Shown: positions 28,990 through 34,682 of the stretch, piece after piece | How positions within the stretch are numbered: the first letter of the stretch is position 1 | How the letters are laid out: every line of letters begins with the position of its first letter | IMG/VR virus record: IMGVR_UViG_3300005326_000032 | DNA length: 39,067 nucleotides | Direction: 5' to 3' (one strand) | Origin: a virus | Program-made: the position numbers and the translations under genes | The notes under the pieces: model-generated | Databases searched by the model: none | What the model saw: only the letters and a program-made list of their open reading frames with translations | Told to the model about the DNA's origin: nothing

Positions 28990-29217
28990 ATGGAAAATAA
29001 GAAAAACGAGTATAAGATTGTACTGGTTGGTGGAGAGGTTATACCAACTGATACAGATATTTACAGTAAACTAGACACTGCGAATGTGATGGGAACTTTT
29101 TTTATTAGTGTTCGGGGGGTTGGTTTTGTTGAGGGTAGAGAGTTTTGGATTAACATAGATAAAATTGTATACATTGAGTTATTATCTAAAATTAATGAGG
29201 ACAAAGATGGAAAATAA
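28990..29217 (+). CDS. Hypothetical protein
   Basis: 75 aa. Starts with ATGGAAAATAA. Its stop lies inside the start of the next gene. Confidence 0.45.
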   Translation: MENKKNEYKIVLVGGEVIPTDTDIYSKLDTANVMGTFFISVRGVGFVEGREFWINIDKIVYIELLSKINEDKDGK

Positions 29218-29656
29218 AAAGGAGTATACATTAACCGAAAAGCTTACTTATGCAATTCCATACAAGTGGAAGATACAGAGTAAAAGCAAAGACGGAAAGA
29301 AAGCACAGTGCGTTGCTTACATAGACGCAAGAGATGTAATGGATTTATTAGACCGAGCAGTTGGAATAGAGAACTGGAGAGATAGCTACAGAAGAGAGGG
29401 TAGCCTTATTTGTAAGCTTGAGTTGAGAATAGGTGGCGAGTGGGTAGCAAAGGAAGACACTGGAGTACCAAGTCCATTTGAGGGAGAAAAGGGAGAGTTT
29501 AGCGATGCTTTTAAAAGAGCTGCTGTTAAGTGGGGCATAGGTAGATTTCTTTATGACCTAGACTTTAAGTGGGTAGACTTAGACACTTATGGCAACCCTG
29601 TTGATAAGGCAGGAGCTAGGATATGGGATTTAACAGATTACTTTAACAAATTATAA
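29207..29656 (+). CDS. Rad52/Sak-type single-strand annealing protein
   Basis: 149 aa from ATG 29207; the track start at 29165 is probably too early. AYIDARDVMDLLDRAVGIENWRDSYR…GEFSDAFKRAAVKWGIGRFLY is the Rad52/Sak signature. Confidence 0.8.
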   Translation: MENKKEYTLTEKLTYAIPYKWKIQSKSKDGKKAQCVAYIDARDVMDLLDRAVGIENWRDSYRREGSLICKLELRIGGEWVAKEDTGVPSPFEGEKGEFSDAFKRAAVKWGIGRFLYDLDFKWVDLDTYGNPVDKAGARIWDLTDYFNKL

Positions 29657-29658
29657 AT

Positions 29659-29886
29659 ATGAAAATATCAAGACCAATTAAAGGTGTGAGGGTAGTGGAT
29701 CTAACAGAAGACACTCCAAGTGTGTTTGGTAGGTTAGAAGAGAGAATGAGAATTAGAGAAAGATTGAAAAAAGAGTTGAACAAAGAAATGACTATTGAGC
29801 AGAAAGAAAAGCTCTACGAGGTTAAGATAAGATTTATGAAAGACCTAGAAGAGAGCTTTAGTAAAAAGCTGTACGAAGCAGATTAA
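29659..29886 (+). CDS. Hypothetical protein
   Basis: 75 aa, charged and helical. Confidence 0.45.
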   Translation: MKISRPIKGVRVVDLTEDTPSVFGRLEERMRIRERLKKELNKEMTIEQKEKLYEVKIRFMKDLEESFSKKLYEAD

Positions 29887-29903
29887 ATTAACTAAATAAA
29901 GAA

Positions 29904-30521
29904 ATGAAGAAGAATATAAAAGAATATCTACAAGAGTTATTAGATAAATGGAATGGTTATGACGAATTAGACGGGTTTGCTGCCGGATCTTTTAGGATTG
30001 ATTTGGAAATGTTGTTAAAGTATTGGGATTTAAGAATTGACCAACCCAAGAAGCAACCAGAGATAAAAAGTGATGCAGAGGAGGCTATTGATTTATGTGT
30101 AGATATGGCGTTCTCAAGGAATAAAGAGCTAGAGGATTTAGAGGAGGGGACAATAAAAGGCATAGAAAGGCGTTCTAAGGAATGGAAAGAACATAAAAAG
30201 GAGTTTGACAAAAAGGCAGAAGAACAGTTAGAAAGATTTAAGTTCAAACCAGAGAAGCAAGAGGAGTGGAGAGAGAGATTACTTCTTTTGTCACCTTGTA
30301 AGGGCTTAATAGGAGATGTTAAAAGTGGGAAGATTAAAGATATAGAACTGTCTTTCAAGCAGAATGAGTTGTTAGATTTCATATCCCAACTACTATCCGA
30401 GAGAAGTTTTAGTAAGAAAGAGTTTGAATATGTAAAAAACAATTTACGAATGGAAATAGGAGCAGAAGCATATTATGAAGCAGTTTTAGAAAAGATAGAA
30501 AGGTTCTTAAGTGGCTCTTAA
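29904..30521 (+). CDS. Hypothetical protein, paralog of CDS 33769-34437
   Basis: 205 aa. Shares PEKQEEWR and DFISQLLSE…SERxF(S/T)K(K/E) segments with the downstream paralog, including 25-nt and 17-nt identical DNA stretches. Confidence 0.55.
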   Translation: MKKNIKEYLQELLDKWNGYDELDGFAAGSFRIDLEMLLKYWDLRIDQPKKQPEIKSDAEEAIDLCVDMAFSRNKELEDLEEGTIKGIERRSKEWKEHKKEFDKKAEEQLERFKFKPEKQEEWRERLLLLSPCKGLIGDVKSGKIKDIELSFKQNELLDFISQLLSERSFSKKEFEYVKNNLRMEIGAEAYYEAVLEKIERFLSGS

Positions 30522-30524
30522 AAT

Positions 30525-30653
30525 AATGGGGTATCCAAAAGAGTAAGGGGTTTGCTAAATAATAAGCAGGGTGGCTTTATAGCGAAAGCTTAGCAAGGGA
30601 GTTTCATATCTTCCTGTAATAACCGTTGCTGGGTTCAATTCCCAGCCCCCATT
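30525..30653 (+). ncRNA. Expanded tRNA-like RNA (about 129 nt)
   Basis: Acceptor-like pairing AATGGGG (30525-30531) / CCCCATT (30647-30653). Canonical T-arm (G)CTGGG-TTCAATT-CCCAG(C) at 30628-30646. Internal 7-bp hairpin TTGCTAA/TTAGCAA (30552-30558 / 30590-30596). Anticodon-arm-like AGGGAG-TTTCATAT-CTTCCT at 30596-30615. Confidence 0.5.
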
Positions 30654-30675
30654 ACTATAAGATTATTTTAAACAC

Positions 30676-30703
30676 TTGACACTAGTTGTACAGGGTGTAA
30701 GAT
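30676..30703 (+). promoter_or_regulatory. Sigma70-type promoter TTGACA-N16-TAAGAT
   Basis: Perfect -35 hexamer at 30676-30681 and -10 TAAGAT at 30698-30703, 32 nt upstream of ATG 30736. Confidence 0.5.
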
Positions 30704-30735
30704 ATAAACAATATATAACTTATTATATTACAAAT

Positions 30736-31431
30736 ATGAAGGTAATTAATTTAAAAGAAAAGACTAGCAGACTTAGAAATAAGGTTGTTGGTAGCGTTAT
30801 GGGTGTTGATCTCTTTGACGGACAAAAAAGAGGAGAGGTTATAGCTAGGAGAGTGTTAATACTTGTTTTGCTAATTCTAGCGATATATGTTTTACTAGAT
30901 TTGCTAGTAGACAAGGGTTGGATAACCACAAACGAGCAAAGGCAAGTACAGGCGACTACTCAAACTATTACCCAAGCCCCTGTAGTGCCCCTAGAAATTA
31001 GAGAGGTGTCCCCTGTGGCTCAACAGACCACTCCACAAAAACAAGAGGTTTTAAAGGCACCACAGCCCCTTACGGATAATATTGAAAAGTATATAGCAAG
31101 GTATGGTGGGGAGTATGACACAAGTTACATTAAACACTTGAGAAATTATTGTGATATACCAACACTTAAGTTAGTGGTCGCAATTAGTGTAGCAGAGACA
31201 GGAATGGGAAAAACAACAGACAGGAATACAAACTACTTTGGATATTTTTACAATGGAAATAGGAGTTATGATCCAAGTCAAGAGGAGATGGCAAAGGTTA
31301 TTTGTAGGGGTATTGGAAAGTATTACAGTGATGTAGCAACTAACTATGAGAAAGCAAAAAGATACACAGGGAATGACCACACTACAACTTGGATGGGTAA
31401 TGTACAAAAAGCTCTTTTAGAAATGAATTAA
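30736..31431 (+). CDS. Membrane-anchored glucosaminidase/lysozyme-like muralytic protein (tentative)
   Basis: 231 aa from ATG 30736; the track TTG start at 30676 coincides with the promoter -35. TM helix VLILVLLILAIYVLLDLLV, a Q/T/P linker, then AISVAETGMGKTTDRNTNYFGY, which resembles the glucosaminidase (LytD/FlgJ) A-x-x-E-S-G-W-G…N-N-x-F-G motif. Confidence 0.45.
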   Translation: MKVINLKEKTSRLRNKVVGSVMGVDLFDGQKRGEVIARRVLILVLLILAIYVLLDLLVDKGWITTNEQRQVQATTQTITQAPVVPLEIREVSPVAQQTTPQKQEVLKAPQPLTDNIEKYIARYGGEYDTSYIKHLRNYCDIPTLKLVVAISVAETGMGKTTDRNTNYFGYFYNGNRSYDPSQEEMAKVICRGIGKYYSDVATNYEKAKRYTGNDHTTTWMGNVQKALLEMN

Positions 31432-31441
31432 AAATTAGGGT

Positions 31442-31537
31442 GTTACTTGTACCCTGGTTCTGGATTGTGGGTATTTAATTCGGGCAGTTTTAAATACGAC
31501 TAACCCACTTTAATTCTGGAGCTAAGGCACAGGTAAC
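31442..31537 (+). ncRNA. Structured RNA 0 (stem-closed element abutting the tRNA-Met 5' end)
   Basis: GTTACTTGTAC (31442-31452) pairs with GCACAGGTAAC (31527-31537): 11 positions, one G-U, one mismatch. An internal 8-bp hairpin GTATTTAA/TTAAATAC lies at 31471-31478 / 31490-31497. Confidence 0.35.
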
Positions 31538-31539
31538 AT

Positions 31540-31611
31540 CGCAGGGAAGTGTAACGGTTGCACTTTAGGTTCATAGCCTAAGAGTAGTTAGTTCAATTCT
31601 AACCCCTGCAA
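31540..31611 (+). tRNA. tRNA-Met (anticodon CAT); C1-A72 mismatch
   Basis: Hand-folded cloverleaf. Acceptor CGCAGGG/CCCTGCA, D-arm GTGT-AACGGTT-GCAC, anticodon arm TTAGG-TTCATAG-CCTAA, variable GAGTA, T-arm GTTAG-TTCAATT-CTAAC. No encoded CCA. Confidence 0.8.
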
Positions 31612-31626
31612 GTTCTTTTAATAATT

Positions 31627-31806
31627 TGTATGAGGTACTTTGGTGGTGTAATAGGTAGACGCAGGTTTATGTCACAGGGGCAAAGTGATTCTCCTAATCA
31701 GAGCAGCCTGTCCGCTCGGCCGAAATGTGTTGCGTGATTCGCATTGTAGCAAAGTAGGCCACTGGATGTTGTAGGGTGCAAATCCTTACCCAGAGTATCT
31801 CATACA
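31627..31806 (+). ncRNA. Structured RNA 1: tRNA-like RNA with 17-bp terminal helix, D-arm, T-arm and an ~80-nt internal insertion
   Basis: 31627-31643 pairs with 31790-31806. D-arm GTGT-AATAGGTAG-ACGC at 31646-31662. GGTTT+ATGTCAC at 31664-31675. T-arm-like GTAGGG-TGCAAAT-CCTTAC at 31771-31789. Confidence 0.55.
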
Positions 31807-31829
31807 GGTTATTAGCTCTTTAATAATTG

Positions 31830-31954
31830 AGTGTACAGAAGTAAGGTACAAGTCGGACATATCTGTTCTATATTCTAGAAGAGCAGTGGGTCTCCGAGCC
31901 AATAACAAGTAAGGTTGCAAGATACCTTGTGCGGTTCAGTTACTTCTGTATATT
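31830..31954 (+). ncRNA. Structured RNA 2: rod-like stem-closed RNA
   Basis: 31830-31844 pairs with 31940-31954 (15 bp, two G-U). A second helix joins 31846-31852 and 31926-31932. Internal hairpins TTCTA-TATTC-TAGAA (31866-31880) and TCGGA/TCCGA (31853-31857 / 31893-31897). Confidence 0.45.
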
Positions 31955-31993
31955 GAGTTATTAAGGAGTAGTTTAATTTAATCAGAAGAGAAG

Positions 31994-33175
31994 ATGAAAG
32001 AAATCAACACAGAAAAAACACAGGTAAAACTATGGTTAGAAGATATAGAAGATGGAGCTATGGAGCAGATAAAAAACATTGCTAACTTGCCATTTATATA
32101 TAAGTGGGTTGCAGTAATGCCTGATAGTCACCAAGGGTATGGTATGCCTATTGGTGGGGTTGTAGCTCTTACTGATGTTATTAGCCCCAATATGGTGGGC
32201 GTAGATATTGGTTGTGGAATGTGTGCGGTTAATACTCATATAAAAACCGAAAGTATTACGCAGGAACAATTAAAAGAGATACTTGGTGGTATTAGAAAGG
32301 TTGTACCAGTTGGGTTTGCACACCACCAGAAGAAACAAGACGAGAGTTTAATGCCTTTTAGTAACAGTAAGGGTGCTAATGGTGTAGTCGTATCTCAGGA
32401 GTATGACAACGCTTTAACACAAATAGGAACACTTGGTGGGGGTAATCACTTTATAGAATTACAGAAAAGTAGTGATGGAGAGCTATGGATAATGATACAT
32501 TCGGGTAGTAGAAACTTGGGTAAACAGGTGTGCGACTACTACAATGCAAAAGCTATTGAGTTAGCTAAGAAGTGGTATATACCAAATGTTATAGAACAAG
32601 ACTTAGCATATCTACCTACCGATACTAAAGAAGGTCAAGATTATATACAAGAAATGCAGTATTGCGTTGACTTTGCATTTGCTAATAGAAAGCTAATGAT
32701 AGAAAAAGTTATGGGAGTAATAACAGATGTACTTGGGGATTACAAAGCAGATGAGATAATTAACATAGCACACAACTACGCAAGGTTGGAAAATCATATG
32801 GGTAGGAATGTATGGGTTCACAGAAAAGGTGCAACAAGTGCAAGACTAGGAGAGGTTGGAATTATACCAGGCTCTATGGGTACAAAGTCATATATAACAG
32901 AGGGGTTAGGGAATGTTCAATCTTTTATGAGTTGTTCACACGGAGCAGGTAGAAAAATGGGTAGAATGGAAGCGAGTAGAAGTATAACATTAGAGGAAGC
33001 AGACAAGTCTATGGAGGGAGTTGTATATGGTAGGTGGGGTAAGGATAGGAAAGGTAATTTAGATTTTGGAGAAGCACCACAAGCGTATAAGGACATAGAT
33101 GTTGTTATGGAAAACCAGAAAGACTTAACAAAAATATTGGTGGAATTGAAGCCACTAGCAGTTGTTAAGGGATAA
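31994..33175 (+). CDS. rtcB: RNA 3'-phosphate/5'-OH ligase RtcB
   Basis: 393 aa. Motifs MPDSHQGYGMPIGGV, DIGCGM, GGGNHFIE, HSGSRNLG, AHNY, HRKGAT, GSMG and SCSHGAGR appear in canonical RtcB order. Confidence 0.95.
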   Translation: MKEINTEKTQVKLWLEDIEDGAMEQIKNIANLPFIYKWVAVMPDSHQGYGMPIGGVVALTDVISPNMVGVDIGCGMCAVNTHIKTESITQEQLKEILGGIRKVVPVGFAHHQKKQDESLMPFSNSKGANGVVVSQEYDNALTQIGTLGGGNHFIELQKSSDGELWIMIHSGSRNLGKQVCDYYNAKAIELAKKWYIPNVIEQDLAYLPTDTKEGQDYIQEMQYCVDFAFANRKLMIEKVMGVITDVLGDYKADEIINIAHNYARLENHMGRNVWVHRKGATSARLGEVGIIPGSMGTKSYITEGLGNVQSFMSCSHGAGRKMGRMEASRSITLEEADKSMEGVVYGRWGKDRKGNLDFGEAPQAYKDIDVVMENQKDLTKILVELKPLAVVKG

Positions 33176-33249
33176 CAGGGATTGGCTCAGATGGCTAGAG
33201 TGCCTGCATTGGAAGCAGGAGGTCGCAGGTTCAAGTCCTGCATCCCTGA
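33176..33249 (+). tRNA. tRNA-Pro (anticodon TGG)
   Basis: Hand-folded cloverleaf. Acceptor CAGGGAT/ATCCCTG, D-arm GCTC-AGATGGCTA-GAGT, anticodon arm CCTGC-ATTGGAA-GCAGG, variable AGGTC, T-arm GCAGG-TTCAAGT-CCTGC. It starts at the base after the rtcB stop. No encoded CCA. Confidence 0.9.
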
Positions 33250-33279
33250 TTAGTTAGTTTAATTTAATCATTACAGAGA

Positions 33280-33462
33280 ATGGAAGAGAAAATGCAAAAA
33301 AGAATTAAATTACTAGAAGACCTTAAAACAGACCTTGCCAACCAAAGGTGGCAGTTGAGGGAATGTGGACAGGCTTTTACCGATGGGCAAATTGCGATGA
33401 TTACCCAAGAGATTAAATGGTTGATGGAGTTCCTATCTAACATTAAACAGGACACAAAATGA
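33280..33462 (+). CDS. Hypothetical protein
   Basis: 60-aa helical ORF. Confidence 0.45.
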   Translation: MEEKMQKRIKLLEDLKTDLANQRWQLRECGQAFTDGQIAMITQEIKWLMEFLSNIKQDTK

Positions 33463-33776
33463 CACAGCAGGAGAAAGAGATAAGGAAGTTTAGAAAAGAT
33501 TTGGATATGTTCATAGTGTCCCCAATTGGAGTATCGGGTTGGACAGAGCAGAATGAGGAAGAACTAAAAGACTACTGGATTAAAGAAATAGGAGTATGGA
33601 TTAACAATGCAGTACAAGAAGCAAAGAGGGAGGTGCTAGAGGAGGTACTAAAGAAGAAAACTAATTACAAAATAGAAAAAGAGGAACACGGATATAGGGT
33701 CACATTAGAGTATGTTTTAGTAGATGATATTGAGAAAGAGTTAGATAACATTAAACAAAGTAAAAACAATGGATAA
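33459..33776 (+). CDS. Hypothetical protein
   Basis: 105 aa. ATGA overlap with the upstream ORF. Confidence 0.5.
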   Translation: MTQQEKEIRKFRKDLDMFIVSPIGVSGWTEQNEEELKDYWIKEIGVWINNAVQEAKREVLEEVLKKKTNYKIEKEEHGYRVTLEYVLVDDIEKELDNIKQSKNNG

Positions 33777-34437
33777 GATAGAGAAGATGAGTGGATATAG
33801 CGAAGTAACTATGAAGCTTAAAATCAACGAGATAATAGATTACCTTAACCAATCCCAGAAGCAACCAGAGGGAGAATACAAGTGTGGAACTTTAGAAGTG
33901 TTGAAGAATCCAAAGTTAAGAAAAGAATTATCACAAACAAGAGAATGGAATGATGAATGTGGTAATCACCATATAGAAAAAGTTGATTCAAATGGGGTTA
34001 CTAAAACTGTAATTCCAAATGAACCAGAGAAGCAAGAGGAGTGGAGGAAAAGAATTACTTGGGAAGATGGAGAATATTTTATGATAGACGGAAAAGAAGC
34101 TAATGAGGAAGATTTAAGAGATTTTATATCTCAACTACTATCCGAGAGTAAGGAGAAAGCAGAAGCATTTGATGAATTACACGATATACTTAAACCTTAT
34201 CATAAAGAAGCAGAGGACTATACGGACACATTAAAGAGAGTACTATCCGAGAGGATATTTACTAAAGAGAAGTTAAACTATTTGGCAACTGGATTGCAAG
34301 TATATTATGAAGATATGGAGAGAGAGTTGCTATTCAAGAAAACAAGTTCTCTGAGGTTCTCAATTCTAAAGGAGGAGATGGAACAGATTGGTATATTAAG
34401 AGAAAAGTTGTCTAAACTATTAAAGGAGGAAGAATAA
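33769..34437 (+). CDS. Hypothetical protein, paralog of CDS 29904-30521
   Basis: 222 aa. Shares the PEKQEEWR and DFISQLLSE blocks with its paralog. Confidence 0.55.
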   Translation: MDKIEKMSGYSEVTMKLKINEIIDYLNQSQKQPEGEYKCGTLEVLKNPKLRKELSQTREWNDECGNHHIEKVDSNGVTKTVIPNEPEKQEEWRKRITWEDGEYFMIDGKEANEEDLRDFISQLLSESKEKAEAFDELHDILKPYHKEAEDYTDTLKRVLSERIFTKEKLNYLATGLQVYYEDMERELLFKKTSSLRFSILKEEMEQIGILREKLSKLLKEEE

Positions 34438-34682
34438 TGGATAAGTTTAAGTTGCCAAGATATGAATACGGAAAAGATACACTAAACGAGGAGATTGTAA
34501 GAAGAGGTTTAGATAGTAAGGAATATAATTGGACAACATTGGCAAATGGTAATGAACTAAGCCTTACAGAGTACGACTTCACACCTGCCGATAAAGACAA
34601 GGTTCAGTTATATATACTCTTCCTAGAGGATGAGATAAACAAGTTATGGGAAGCAATTAATTTATTAAAGGAGGAAGAATGA
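34437..34682 (+). CDS. Hypothetical protein
   Basis: 81 aa. Strong SD AAGGAGGAAG and TAATG overlap. Confidence 0.55.
   Translation: MDKFKLPRYEYGKDTLNEEIVRRGLDSKEYNWTTLANGNELSLTEYDFTPADKDKVQLYILFLEDEINKLWEAINLLKEEE

Noticed and set aside
31437-31455. The hairpin AGGGT-N9-ACCCT after the stop of CDS 30736-31431, considered as an intrinsic terminator.
   Set aside because: The stem is only 5 bp with a 9-nt loop and no following U-tract. Read-through into the RNA cluster and rtcB seems more likely.
30525-31806. Stop-codon reassignment with a phage suppressor tRNA (the TCA in the 8-nt loop at 30602-30609; the in-frame TAA in the NinG-like gene).
   Set aside because: All large genes read intact with TAA, TAG and TGA as stops under the standard code. 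The loop register is ambiguous (TCA or CAT). No tRNA-like element with a UUA anticodon was found to match the TAA.
31627-33175. Archaeal virus with BHB-type tRNA introns spliced by RtcB.
   Set aside because: LysM, M23 peptidase and glucosaminidase-like genes, sigma70-type promoters and a rho-independent terminator all indicate a bacterial host. No splicing endonuclease gene is present, and I could not draw a convincing bulge-helix-bulge by hand. I kept only the weaker 'intron-like insertion' hypothesis.
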